A stretch of 64,000 bases of DNA from an uncultured candidate division Zixibacteria bacterium. Lineage in GTDB: Bacteria; Zixibacteria; MSB-5A5; UBA10806. The position numbers and the translations under genes were made by a program. Under the pieces are notes generated by a model. The model was not told where the DNA came from and searched no databases. It was given only the letters and a program-made list of their open reading frames with translations. Shown in pieces: positions 36,751 through 47,728 of this stretch (within the stretch, counting starts at the first letter, position 1; every line of letters begins with the position of its first letter). The stretch lies in contig CAWFQL010000006.1 of assembly GCA_963817915.1 (NCBI GenBank), positions 64,001 through 128,000 of the forward strand. The letters run 5' to 3'.

Positions 36751-38520
36751 TCAATTATTATCGATCCGAATATTCCTGAATCTCTTCCGTCTATCGTATG
36801 GAGTAATATCAACAATTTCGCCGGCCCTGAATCTTTTTGTCATATTGAGCCAGAATTCCAATGTAAATAAATCGCCGTGAACCGATTTAAAGATTCCCTT
36901 CAGCAAATAAGGGATTCCCAGGAAATGATCTATTTCATCTATAAAAAAGTCATACGGCGCGGATGATATCCATTCCTCATCGCCCCGCATGTCATTGTAT
37001 TCATCGCGCGACCAGGGTTTAATTCGAAAATTAGCGTCTTCAAGAGGAATTACATCATCGTAATCATACAAAACAACCTTTCCCCGCTTGGTAACTCCGT
37101 AATTCCAGTTATTGAAAAGATCGCAGAGGAAAATTCCTGTTGCCGTAAGGTCCTTGAAGAAATATCCAAAATCGAGAACAATATTGCGAATCATTTCGGG
37201 GTCTTTTTCCTCATCCAAAAAGATTGGTAACGGCACAACCTTTCTCTGCAAGTACGCGTGTCGGATAATGACATATTCATCTTCAAACGACACAGCTTCT
37301 TTAGCGGCGATTCGAAATTCTTTCAATAGCTCTTTCGAGAATCGTTTCTTCTTGAATTTGAGATTTTCGAATTCCTGTGTATCGACTATTCGTCCGACAC
37401 GATCCCGCTTACAGACGAAATTATATTGATTGATTACTTCCGATCGTTCGATTGATTTGGTAGTGATATCATCGGTCCTGATAAAACAGGGCCGATCCTT
37501 TATTATCTTGAATATCGCTCCATAATCCGGCAGTGTGAATGCTATCATTACCGAGCCTTCTTTCCCGGGAGCGATTACGAACTGCTCCTTGGACGTATGC
37601 ACAAATCGATGCAGGTCTCGATAAAATTCTGTTTTGCCGTGGCGATTATAGCCGATTGAAATATAAAGCTCTGCAACGGGCTTTTTGGGAAGAATCGATT
37701 TAATAAAATCAATTAAGGCATCATGCCTGCTGAATTCCACCCTGAAATAAGAATGGGCAAATCCGAAGACCACGCTGACATCAGCCTCATCGAGCAGAAC
37801 CGTATCCACATAAATCCCCGAGTCACCATTATATAATGGCAATACGAACGGGAAGTAATGAGAATCGGCTTGAATCCTGCCGACCAGGTAAGCGGCTTTA
37901 TTTCGGAAAAACGGGGTCTTGATCACCTCGATAACGAATGAATTATCATTGTGGATAATCGGCCAGAGATAGAGATTCAATTCTCGGGCTACGAATTCGG
38001 AATCCCTGACTATATCCTCATATTCGACTTTGAATTTAAAATCGAGAATTATCTTTCTAATAAGCTCAGTGGTGGATTTCTCATGAACATATCGATTAAA
38101 GATCGGTTCTAATGGCAATACCACTGGAGGCGGATCCTCGAGATGGAAAAACTCCACTTCCCTGTCTATGCCTACTGTCGAAAGTAGTTTTCTGGTAACC
38201 GAATTGAAGAATGTTTCCGCCAGCTCAAAATCATGTCGACGCGCAATAAGGTCTTCGAAATTCTGCTTGGCCGCTATTAATATATTTCGAGCATTACCAT
38301 GCTTATTAATAATTTGATTAATTTCAAATGAGACGCGGGCAAGAGTTCTATCATAAAGCTCGGACCTATGGACTGTATCCTTATATCCGCCCTTCCATTC
38401 CTTCTTTTCAAATCTGATCTTTGCCTTGCGAGTAATTTCAAGAAATTCGATCGTATAAGAATCGAATGCTTCTCGTATAAGTTCGGCAACTTTTCCCGCT
38501 ATTGATTCGCTCGATCCCAT
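36751..38520 (-). CDS. aceK: Isocitrate dehydrogenase kinase/phosphatase
   Basis: ELAETFFNSVTR, FFRNKAAYLVGR, HGKTEFYRDL, APGKEGSVM, DRVGRIVDTQEF, NYGVT..GKVVLYDYD. Confidence 0.93.
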   Translation of the reverse strand: MGSSESIAGKVAELIREAFDSYTIEFLEITRKAKIRFEKKEWKGGYKDTVHRSELYDRTLARVSFEINQIINKHGNARNILIAAKQNFEDLIARRHDFELAETFFNSVTRKLLSTVGIDREVEFFHLEDPPPVVLPLEPIFNRYVHEKSTTELIRKIILDFKFKVEYEDIVRDSEFVARELNLYLWPIIHNDNSFVIEVIKTPFFRNKAAYLVGRIQADSHYFPFVLPLYNGDSGIYVDTVLLDEADVSVVFGFAHSYFRVEFSRHDALIDFIKSILPKKPVAELYISIGYNRHGKTEFYRDLHRFVHTSKEQFVIAPGKEGSVMIAFTLPDYGAIFKIIKDRPCFIRTDDITTKSIERSEVINQYNFVCKRDRVGRIVDTQEFENLKFKKKRFSKELLKEFRIAAKEAVSFEDEYVIIRHAYLQRKVVPLPIFLDEEKDPEMIRNIVLDFGYFFKDLTATGIFLCDLFNNWNYGVTKRGKVVLYDYDDVIPLEDANFRIKPWSRDEYNDMRGDEEWISSAPYDFFIDEIDHFLGIPYLLKGIFKSVHGDLFTLEFWLNMTKRFRAGEIVDITPYDRRKRFRNIRIDNN

Positions 38521-38669
38521 TACCACCCCACAGTCGCAAAACAAAGATAAATTACAAAGTCACTACAATTATTGTACTGTTTGATATGAAATTCAACAAG
38601 AATTATTTAAATCTCGACTATGCCATCGGGGCATTCGACATCAACGGTAGTTTTATATAGACAATCTTA

Positions 38670-39013
38670 TGTAGGTCGGTGTTCCGAATCCGCCGCAGGC
38701 GGATGAGAAACCCGACAATATAAGCAAGCCGTTGGGTTTTCGTCCGAGCCGGATTCAAACTCTGATCTACTAAGAACCTTCCCTACTCGTGATGATGAGC
38801 GGTCTTTCCAATATGGCTCTTATGGCGGAAAAAGAAATAATTGTAGGTCGGCGTTCCGAATCCGCCACAGGCGGATGAGAAACCCGACAATATAAGCAAG
38901 CTGTCGGGTTTTCGTCCGAGGCGGACTCAAACTCCGACCTACTAAGACTATGCCTTACTCGTGATGATGAGCGGTCATTCCAATATGGCTCTTATGGCGG
39001 AAAAAGAAATAAT
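38670..39013. repeat. 172-bp diverged tandem duplication of a REP-like element plus the MFS gene 3' end
   Basis: 38670-38841 versus 38842-39013, with several substitutions. Confidence 0.9.
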
Positions 39014-40199
39014 CGGCGGTAGTGGCAATTGTATACAGCCCGACTGTCGTAAGCATCACCTGAGTGAATCCGTAATGCTCGATTATAATCCCACCGAGAT
39101 TGGCGGATACCATCCAGGATGAATTCCAGGCAAGCGACAAAACCGAATTTGCCCCGGCTCGTTGCTCATCCGGCACAAGCTCCATGGCAAAATTGCTATA
39201 CATCGGCGCCGCCATATTCATCAAACTTCCGCGCATGAAAAACGCGATAGTCGAAAGAGTCAGATTCTGCGAAAACGCGAGGATAACAAAAAATGGAATC
39301 GATAAAAACTGAGTGATCACCACTGTTTTAAGAAGCCCGATCCGTTTGGCCAACGCCGGACCGATCAGGAATCCGACCGCTGTAAATATCGCGCCGATTG
39401 AGAAGATTCGCCCGATAGCGGCCGACTCCAAATTAAACCGCTTAAGAAAATAGAGATTCAGAAATGGTATCACCAGACCGGCCCCCATCCCCACGATGAA
39501 ATGGGGAATCATCAGCTTTGACATCGTCTTCCAGTCCCTCGCGCCGAAATATTCTGATATCCGAAATTTGCCTTTTTTTATAGGTTCATCGGATTTGATC
39601 ATCAGATAAAAAATCAGCGAGGTTAGAGCCAGCGCCGCGCCGCCTATCAAGGTATACCTGTAACCGAAAACAAGCGATACTCCACGCCGTGCCAATTCTG
39701 TCGGTATAAAGCCACCGGCCAACGACCCTATAAACCCGGAAATCGTATTCAGGGCCATATTCACTCCGAAAAGATATGGCCGTTCTTTCGGCGAGGAGTT
39801 GCGCATAAAAAATGGCGACCCCGCCACCATGAAGACCGCGCCCATCGCCCCGGTGATTCCGTATAAAATGCGCATCGAATCCGCCTGAGTCGACATGGCC
39901 ATTCCCATTCCGGAAAATGCCGTAACTGTCGCCGCCAGCATTAGTATCTGTTTTACCCGAACATGATCTACAATTATCGCGGCCGGGACAACGACCAGAA
40001 CAGTTCCAATTGAGGATGCTGAAATGATACTGCCGATTTTGCCTTCTTGAAATCCGAGCTGTTTGAGATAGAGATTCAGCAGCAGCCAAAAAACAGATGA
40101 CCCGAACCCCATAAAGAATGACGCCATCAGAAAAAGCCTGGCATTTCTCGAAAAAAGCTTAAGGTGATTGATGTAATCCTGAACATGGGTTTTAATCAT
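38955..40199 (-). CDS. MFS transporter
   Basis: About 12 hydrophobic segments; PFLNLYF..RFNL, ELVPDEQRA. Confidence 0.88.
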   Translation of the reverse strand: MIKTHVQDYINHLKLFSRNARLFLMASFFMGFGSSVFWLLLNLYLKQLGFQEGKIGSIISASSIGTVLVVVPAAIIVDHVRVKQILMLAATVTAFSGMGMAMSTQADSMRILYGITGAMGAVFMVAGSPFFMRNSSPKERPYLFGVNMALNTISGFIGSLAGGFIPTELARRGVSLVFGYRYTLIGGAALALTSLIFYLMIKSDEPIKKGKFRISEYFGARDWKTMSKLMIPHFIVGMGAGLVIPFLNLYFLKRFNLESAAIGRIFSIGAIFTAVGFLIGPALAKRIGLLKTVVITQFLSIPFFVILAFSQNLTLSTIAFFMRGSLMNMAAPMYSNFAMELVPDEQRAGANSVLSLAWNSSWMVSANLGGIIIEHYGFTQVMLTTVGLYTIATTADYFFFRHKSHIGMTAHHHE

Positions 40200-40409
40200 C
40201 TTGTAATTCTACCAAAATAATCCTGAATAATCAATTTATGTTGAGCGATTTTAAAAAATCATATAATCGATCACATAAATCATATTTTCAAATATTCGAG
40301 AAACAAATTTTTGTTGCACAATGTTGTTATTCAATGCAAAATATGCCTGGTTTGTTTGTTTTTGTAATCGACAGCTTTAATTCGATAATATTCAACTCAA
40401 GGAGGACTA

Positions 40410-41300
40410 ATGAGGAAATTCTTATCAGTGTCTTGCGCGGCGTTAATCGCGATATCGATCGCAGGGTATGGCAATCTATCTGCCGAGCCATGGAAAAAAA
40501 CGTTAGACTTGGGGCTTAATCTGACCCAGAACGCCTATTCCAATAGCTGGACCGGCGGAGAAATCGGCAATGCCACCTGGGTCGCCAATGCCAACGGAAT
40601 ATTCGAAAAGCAGATTTCGCCCAAATTCAATTTCAAGAACAGTTCTAAATTGCAATTCGGTCAAACAATTTCGCAGGATAAGGAAACCAAAGACTGGCAT
40701 CATCCGGTAAAATCGACCGATAAGATCGATATTGAAAATCTCGGTAGATTGACTCTTCATGCATTCGTCGATCCTTATGTGGCATTCAGAATCGAAACCC
40801 AATTTCTCGACGCTTCCGTGAATAAAGTAAATCGATACCTGAATCCGCTCCTGCTTACAGAATCAGCCGGTGTATCCAAAACAATTTATGCCAAAGATAA
40901 AAACCAGGCCCTTACTCGTTTGGGATTCTCCGTCCGCCAGAATATCGACAGAATTGTGGTAGACACATTGGCAAAAACATTAAGAACCAAGATTGCTACC
41001 GATGGCGGTATTGAATCGGTCTCCGACGCCCAATTCGCGCTTTCTACGAATCTATCTTATGTCGGCAAATTATCTCTGTTCAAGGCTCTCTTTAATTCCA
41101 AGAATGATTTATATGTCGGCACGCCGCAGGAAAATTATTGGAAAGCTGTTCATGTTAACTTTGAGAATTCGGTTGTAGCAAGTGTCGCCAAAAATGTCAT
41201 GGTCTCACTATATGTCCAATTGCTCTACGATAAACAAATCTCCTTGAAGGGACGGTTTAAACAGACATTGGCCCTGGGAGTCACGTATAAATTAATATAA
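40410..41300 (+). CDS. DUF3078-like outer-membrane beta-barrel protein
   Basis: Signal peptide; LTQNAYSNSWTGGE, KSTDKID, terminal LGVTYKLI. Confidence 0.75.
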   Translation: MRKFLSVSCAALIAISIAGYGNLSAEPWKKTLDLGLNLTQNAYSNSWTGGEIGNATWVANANGIFEKQISPKFNFKNSSKLQFGQTISQDKETKDWHHPVKSTDKIDIENLGRLTLHAFVDPYVAFRIETQFLDASVNKVNRYLNPLLLTESAGVSKTIYAKDKNQALTRLGFSVRQNIDRIVVDTLAKTLRTKIATDGGIESVSDAQFALSTNLSYVGKLSLFKALFNSKNDLYVGTPQENYWKAVHVNFENSVVASVAKNVMVSLYVQLLYDKQISLKGRFKQTLALGVTYKLI

Positions 41301-41369
41301 GAAACTGAATAGTATCCGAGATTGAAGCAAAAACAGGTTACATTGATTAAAATTAGGTGAGGAGCGATT

Positions 41370-41810
41370 ATGTTTAAGGAATTTAAAGAATTTGCCATGC
41401 GGGGCAATGTCCTTGATATGGCGATAGGTATTATCATCGGAGCGGCGTTTGGCAAGATCATAACATCATTGGTTAACGATATCCTTATGCCTCCTCTCGG
41501 ACTGGCTATCGGCAATGTTAATTTCCCCGATCTTTTTATTAATCTTTCCAAAGAGCATTATGAGACATTATCGGGTGCCAAAAGCGCCGGTGCCGCAACA
41601 ATCAACTATGGGCTTTTTGTAAATACAATAATCGATTTCATTCTGGTTGCCTTCGCGCTATTCCTAATGATTAAGCAGTTCAACCGGTTTCAAAAGAAAC
41701 CGGCCAAGGTCGAAGTACCGACCACCAAGGAATGCCCTCATTGCTATTCCAGCATTCCGATTAAAGCCACCAAATGCGCTCATTGCACATCGGAGCTAAA
41801 GACTGCCTGA
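41370..41810 (+). CDS. mscL: Large-conductance mechanosensitive channel with C-terminal zinc ribbon
   Basis: [33 protein letters not shown]...CAHC tail. Confidence 0.95.
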   Translation: MFKEFKEFAMRGNVLDMAIGIIIGAAFGKIITSLVNDILMPPLGLAIGNVNFPDLFINLSKEHYETLSGAKSAGAATINYGLFVNTIIDFILVAFALFLMIKQFNRFQKKPAKVEVPTTKECPHCYSSIPIKATKCAHCTSELKTA

Positions 41811-41993
41811 CACAGTGGCAATGATCTGTACAAAAATAGTTTTTTTAAAATAGGAAATTAATTCCTTATTTCATTTGACCGAACAATTGAAAAATAATAT
41901 TCTTTAACCGGAAGATGCCCGCATTTATTCATTAGAAGGAAACTGATTACCGGGCAAATCAATTTTTTTAGCAAGCGCAGCAAGGAAGTTTAA

Positions 41994-42560
41994 ATGAGTG
42001 ATTGCAGCTTTGTATTTCATTACGTCTGTACGCATGAAGAAGCAAAAGAGTTGATTACGAAACATGACAGGTTTTGGGTATCCGATTGCGGATGCCGTGA
42101 GAAAAAGGAATCATGCGGATTTTCAAGAAAAGATATCTGTCTGATTTTCAGAGACGATATCGGGTCAAGCGGCAAAAATATGAAACCGGTATCGCGAGCG
42201 CAGGTTATAGATATAATCCTGGAAGCCGAACATAATAATCTGGTTACCCGGCCATATCGCAACCAGGATAATCCCTCGGTGACCGACGGAATCTGCTTTT
42301 GCTGTAAAGACTGCTGCGATTATTTTCTTAATCCCGATGAAAATAAATGCGATAAGGGCCAAACTATCGAAAAAACCGATATGGCCAAATGCTCTCAATG
42401 CGGCGATTGTGTCGAAGTATGTTATTTCAATGCCCGTAAAATGATCGACGATGAATTGAATGTCAATCGCGACAACTGCTATGGCTGCGGTGTCTGTGTC
42501 GATAATTGCCCTGAGGAATGCATTGCAATGATACCGGCAAATGCTATTGCAAGTCGATAA
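41994..42560 (+). CDS. 4Fe-4S dicluster-binding protein
   Basis: CSQCGDCVEVC and CYGCGVCVDNCP; upstream CGCR and ICFCCKDCC. Confidence 0.88.
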   Translation: MSDCSFVFHYVCTHEEAKELITKHDRFWVSDCGCREKKESCGFSRKDICLIFRDDIGSSGKNMKPVSRAQVIDIILEAEHNNLVTRPYRNQDNPSVTDGICFCCKDCCDYFLNPDENKCDKGQTIEKTDMAKCSQCGDCVEVCYFNARKMIDDELNVNRDNCYGCGVCVDNCPEECIAMIPANAIASR

Positions 42561-42600
42561 TTCCAGATGAGGTTTACCTAAATATAAAAGGAGAACATCG

Positions 42601-42798
42601 ATGGAACCAAAAGTGATTTTTATTATTATTCTGATAGTTCTGGCCGCGATTGTCATGATCCAGAATACTGACCCGGTCAATATCAAATTGCTTCTTTGGA
42701 CTATCAGCATGTCTCGCGTTCTATTGATTTTGATCTGTCTTCTGCTCGGTATCGGTATTGGATATGTTATGGCGAAATTGAAAGGGAGCTCATCGTAA
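42601..42798 (+). CDS. LapA/DUF1049-like small membrane protein
   Basis: TM-QNT.PV.IKLL.W-TM pattern. Confidence 0.75.
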   Translation: MEPKVIFIIILIVLAAIVMIQNTDPVNIKLLLWTISMSRVLLILICLLLGIGIGYVMAKLKGSSS

Positions 42799-42889
42799 TA
42801 TTCATGTTCTTCATCTCCCCAATCGACGGCATCGACGGCATTAAACGAAAACTATCAAAACGCCGATAAAATATTTAGGGTTAATAATC

Positions 42890-43396
42890 ATGGATCAGAA
42901 TATTAGAAAACAGCTTCGAAATCTCCCTTTGTCATCCCTGGAAAAATCTCTCGAATTTGTTAGCGTAATCGGATTGATTCTGGGTATTACTCTCTTATCG
43001 ATATCTTGGTCAGCGCTGCCGGAATCCATGCCGCGCCATTTCAATTTCGCGGGCAGTCCGGATGCCTGGGGCGGAAAAAATATTGAACTTATATTCCCAA
43101 TTATAAGTCTTATTATTTATGCCGGCATCACCATCATGAGCCGATTTCCTCATATTATCAATTACCCGTACCCCCTCACCGCCGAGAATTCCCAAAGACA
43201 GGCATTAATAGGCAGATCATTTTTGTATTGGCTAAAGACAGAAATAATCTGGATATTTCTGTATATTGAATGGGCTACCATTCAGGTTGCGGCCGGCAAG
43301 AGCCAGGGCTTGGGGCTTGGTTTCATGCCAGTATTCCTAATCATTATTTTTGGATCTATCGCTTTATATCTCCGCAAAGCCTACAAAGCCAAATAG
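42890..43396 (+). CDS. DUF1648/SdpI-like membrane protein
   Basis: LPESMPRHFNFAGSPDAWGGK. Confidence 0.8.
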   Translation: MDQNIRKQLRNLPLSSLEKSLEFVSVIGLILGITLLSISWSALPESMPRHFNFAGSPDAWGGKNIELIFPIISLIIYAGITIMSRFPHIINYPYPLTAENSQRQALIGRSFLYWLKTEIIWIFLYIEWATIQVAAGKSQGLGLGFMPVFLIIIFGSIALYLRKAYKAK

Positions 43397-43514
43397 AATC
43401 TGAGATAAACATTAATATATTTCGATTTGGCGGTTTGCCAGGAACCCTCCGATATTCTCTTTCGTTTAATATATTGATTATGAATGTCATTAACGAAATA
43501 CCGAGGAGGATATC

Positions 43515-43916
43515 ATGAAAAAGTTAGTGGCCACGATGATGGGGATTGTGCTGCTCTTGGCGGCTGCCAATGTTTATGCCTGTAATGGCGGATCGGCATG
43601 CGTAAAGAAGACTGATGTTAAGAAAAGCGCGTCGATAAACAAGTCTAACAAGGTATTCGCCGGTGTTGATATCTATTCCAAGAATAGAATCGATAACTCA
43701 GCGCCTAGCATATCTCCAGGACAGAAATCCAAATCATTCAATAAGAATTCCAATTCAGCCAAACCTATTCCGGGACCGGTAAAGCCGATATTCAAAGGCA
43801 TTGTCCCGTCGTTATTGCCATATTTCTTGGCTCAGAACGAAGCGGAAATTCAGGCCGAGTTCGCCAGCGTCAACGCTTGGAATTGGAAAGCACCCCAGGA
43901 ATTCGTACAAGAATAA
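43515..43916 (+). CDS. Hypothetical secreted protein
   Basis: RBS GAGGAGG, signal peptide, terminator at 43943-43975. Confidence 0.65.
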   Translation: MKKLVATMMGIVLLLAAANVYACNGGSACVKKTDVKKSASINKSNKVFAGVDIYSKNRIDNSAPSISPGQKSKSFNKNSNSAKPIPGPVKPIFKGIVPSLLPYFLAQNEAEIQAEFASVNAWNWKAPQEFVQE

Positions 43917-44018
43917 GCGCACCACCTCATATATTTGCCCAGGGCCGGATTCAATTATTGAATCCGGCTTTCTTTATTATAAATTGCGTAACACCTCCTA
44001 TTATGCTATGCTGAAATT

Positions 44019-44950
44019 GTGGAGAAAAAATACAAATATGATTTAGCGCTGGTGCTGGGCGCTGGCGGCGCGCGCGGACTGGCCCATATCGGAGTCCTCA
44101 AGGTCTTAAAACGAGAAGGCGTCAAGGTCGATCTAATTGTTGGAGCATCTATTGGCGCTGTAATCGGCGGCATGTACGCCCAATGTCTCGACCCCGATAT
44201 TGTCGAGAAAAAGATGCTATCATATATTGAAGGCTTCGGAATCAAAACCAAATGGCTGAATTTTCTGGACGATTCCGATCCCAGAGAACGGCATTTCATG
44301 TTCAGGGATTTAAGCGACTATGTGAAACTTCAGCTTGCAGGTCTCAAAGCCTTGACAACCGCATCACTGGAGGAGGAAGAAGTGCTGTCGGTGCCGCTTA
44401 CTCATTTTCTCGACGATGACATCATTGAAAATTGCAAAATGCCGTTTGCGGCTATCGCGTTGGATTTGGAAAATGGACAAACAGTTGCCCTTACCGAGGG
44501 CTCAATTCTGGACGCTGTATATGCGTCATCGGCGGTGCAGGGTGTCTTCCCTCCGCTGGTCCGTGATGGTTCGATGCTGATCGATGGCGGCGCGGTTGCG
44601 GTCGTACCGGTAGAGGAAGCGAAGAATTTAGGCGCAAGGCAGGTTATTGCAGTCGACGTCTTCCTTGATATTGGCCGAGAAACCAAATTCAATAATAGCC
44701 TTCAGGTCATGATCAGAACCGATATCCTTTGCCAGGACAGGCTCCGCAAGATGGAATTGAAGAATGGCTGAATGTGTTATTACGCCCAATGTCAAAACCA
44801 TCCATTGGGCCAATTTCACCCGCGCCGGGATTGTATTAAACGAGGCGAAATCGCTGCCGAGTTTGCGGTGGCGAACATGAAGAAGTATTCCACATCCGAT
44901 CCTTGGTGGCTCGATCTCTCCTCAGCCCGCTTAAATGAAATAGAAGATTA
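44019..44950 (+). CDS. Patatin-like phospholipase (frameshifts near 44765 and 44830; 3' end approximate)
   Basis: LGAGGARG, GASIG, DGG; plausible continuation (ECVITPNV..IHWANF) in other frames. Confidence 0.8.
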
Positions 44951-45245
44951 ACCAAATGTACTATAGGCTGGAGTGTTTAAAGTGCTGTAGGGTCGCCTGA
45001 CCCGACAGCTTAATTCGAATTCAAATAACCCTTTACCACGTCGTCAGGAATCCCTTCCTGACAATATCAGGTGCGTTGTTCAATTGCGTGTCAAAGCTTG
45101 CTTTGACCGCAATTGCTTCTCAGCGTCGTTAAGCAACTCTTCCTGCCGACAGCATGCGATCCAAAGTCAGCCCCTCAAAATCAAAAAGCCCCGCGCGATT
45201 CGGGGCTTTTTATTTTCTTGAAATCAACGGCAAACTCAGAAGAGG

Positions 45246-45431
45246 CTAATATTCATCTTCCTCGTAATTTTCGTCTTCAAAATCCTCTTCCAATTCATCC
45301 ATCTCATCTTCAGAATCGAGTCCGAAACGCTCTTCAGAATCAGCGTCGGCGCACTCTTTACTGCAGTACATCTCACCATCGCGACGATACGCCTTGCCGC
45401 TGAAATCTATGCCGCAGTAAGCGCATTCCAT
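45246..45431 (-). CDS. Small zinc-finger (CxxC...YCSxxC) protein with acidic tail
   Basis: RBS AGGAGG; CAYCG..YCSKEC; D/E-rich C-terminus; terminator at 45184-45215. Confidence 0.7.
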   Translation of the reverse strand: MECAYCGIDFSGKAYRRDGEMYCSKECADADSEERFGLDSEDEMDELEEDFEDENYEEDEY

Positions 45432-45970
45432 AACAATTCCTCCTGAAACTTCAATTTATTTAATAAATTAGACTTTTCTTCATTTTGCTGCCAGCTAAAC
45501 CATATGCCCTGATATTCTTCGTCATAATGAGCGCAAAGTTTATCTAATTTTATGATACTTTTCGGAAATTTTCCGGCTACCTCCTGATCCTCGCCACCTT
45601 TCAACATGGCATGACAGTTTTTTGTTCCAGTATATTTTTAATCCGCAAAAAATCACTCATAGATATCCAAGTTCGTATCATTCAAATGGTTCCGTAAACA
45701 AATTAGCCCTCAGACCGTTATTTACCCCTCTAAAATCCGCAATTAGGGTCTGAGGCTCCAATTGTCAATATATTTTTTAATAAATCTGGCAATTTTGATT
45801 CCGTCGGAATAATGCCCGGATTGGCAAGGCGGGGCGCGCCAAATCATAGGGAGAAAAATATAAGCCGATTTTTCAGATTTATATTGACATTGATATTCAT
45901 TATCGCAATGATAATCAGGAAAATGTCGTGCCCGTTTGCGGCACAGAGGTAAACAAAAAAAGGAGTGGAT

Positions 45971-46357
45971 ATGAACAGGATAGTACATTGGGAACTGCAG
46001 ACGACAGATCCCCAGAAAGCCAAAAATTTCTATGAGCCGTTATTTGGCTGGAAACTCGATTACATGAAGGACATGAATTATGTCGTTGTAAAAACAGAAG
46101 ACCGGCCCGACGGCGTTGGCCCTGACGGTGTCATGGGCGTGGGCGGCGGCATGACTATTGTCAAACAAGTACAGCCATCAGGAACTATCCTTTATGTAGG
46201 AGTCGATGAGATCGATACTACCCTCAAGAAGGCCGAGAAATTGGGCGCCAAGGTAGTGACTCCAAAAAGCCCTATACCCACAGTTGGCTTTTTCGGAATG
46301 CTACTCGATCCGGAAGGCAATAAGATCGGCCTTTTTACCCCGGAAAAGAAGTCGTAA
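45971..46357 (+). CDS. VOC/glyoxalase-family protein
   Basis: VHWEL..TDPQKAKNFY..LFGW, DPEGNKIGL. Confidence 0.9.
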   Translation: MNRIVHWELQTTDPQKAKNFYEPLFGWKLDYMKDMNYVVVKTEDRPDGVGPDGVMGVGGGMTIVKQVQPSGTILYVGVDEIDTTLKKAEKLGAKVVTPKSPIPTVGFFGMLLDPEGNKIGLFTPEKKS

Positions 46358-46502
46358 TGTCATTTTCAAATCCGCGATTAGGGGGCGATAATAGATCGCC
46401 CCTTTTTATTTAATAACTAAAACGGGATAAAAACCCAAAAGGAATGCACCGATCCCTCACTTTACCCTTGCTTCAATTCAATGCCCATACTAAAATCGTC
46501 CC

Positions 46503-47718
46503 ATGAATTTTAGATCGACATGGGAATGGTTTCCCAGGCTTTTCAATACTCGCTGGTATTTCTCCCTGATTATTATCTTCGTCATGCTTCAGATTTTTCT
46601 ATTTGGCGAATTTCATAATCATCGATTCCTGCAAAATGACTTCAAGGTATACTACCGTGCAGCCGAGCGAATAGTTCAGGGCGAAAACCTGTATCGAGGC
46701 GATATCGATGGGTTTTACAAATACAAATACTCGCCGACAGCGTCTATATACTTTATACCATTTGCGGCCTTCCCGGTCGAGGTGGCCAAGATCCTATACT
46801 GGCTGTTTCTATCGACCGTCATCTGTTTCGGCTTCTATCTGGGCATAAAGATAATACTTCCGGATTTTCTCAGTCTGCCGCCATCGAAAGTTAATAGCAT
46901 TATTTTAATTTCCGCCCTGATTCTTGGCGTCTGCATCGAACGAGAAATCCATTTGGGGCAGGTCAACCACATCCTGCTGGTGCTTTATATGTCAGTATTC
47001 TATCTCCATAGCAAAGGCAAAATTAATGACGTCGTCGTTGATACTGGCGGCCACGATATTTTTCAAACCTTTCGGATTTATTTTCATCCCCTACTATTTG
47101 GTACGACGCCAATTCAAGATGGTCGGATTTTTCACGCTATTTCTAATCGTGCTGGCAATAGCTCCCGCGATATTCTTCGGATTCAGCAATCTGCAGGGGC
47201 AGTATCAGAATTGGTTCTTTGAAATCTCGGCCGAGCTCGCCAAAAAACAGACTCTGCTTGAGAATGCCAATCATTCAATATTTTCAATTCTGGCCAGGTA
47301 TACACCGCTAAGACTGATCGATTTCACCCCGGAGCTGACCAAAATATATCAGTTGATAGTAACCTCGCTCATCGGGATATTTTTTCTTTTTCTCTATTTC
47401 AAGGGGAAGGATATCGAGAGAAGATTCGTCCTGGAATCAGCGTTTATCATGGGGCTGATTCCGGCGCTGTCATATACCAGCTACAACGCCTACGGCTTCA
47501 TGGAATTGGCGGTTCTTCTAATTGTGATTAATTATAGGCAACTGCCGAAGTGGACTCGCATCGTGGCGATTGTCGGTTTTGTTTTTTCCGCTATTAATAT
47601 GTTCGATCTCGTGGGACGGAAAAATTGGGTGATTCTGAATGATATCTCGCTGATCGCAGTCGGAGCTTTAATTCTGATGATAGTCTTATCGATAATTCGT
47701 TTTCGCAAAATTGCATAA
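46503..47718 (+). CDS. GT87/DUF2029-like membrane glycosyltransferase (frameshift near 47020)
   Basis: DFKVYY.AA, YKYSP, GQVN in ORF 46503-47222; FKP and NHSI continue in ORF 46924-47718. Confidence 0.8.
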
Positions 47719-47728
47719 TTAGATTTTA

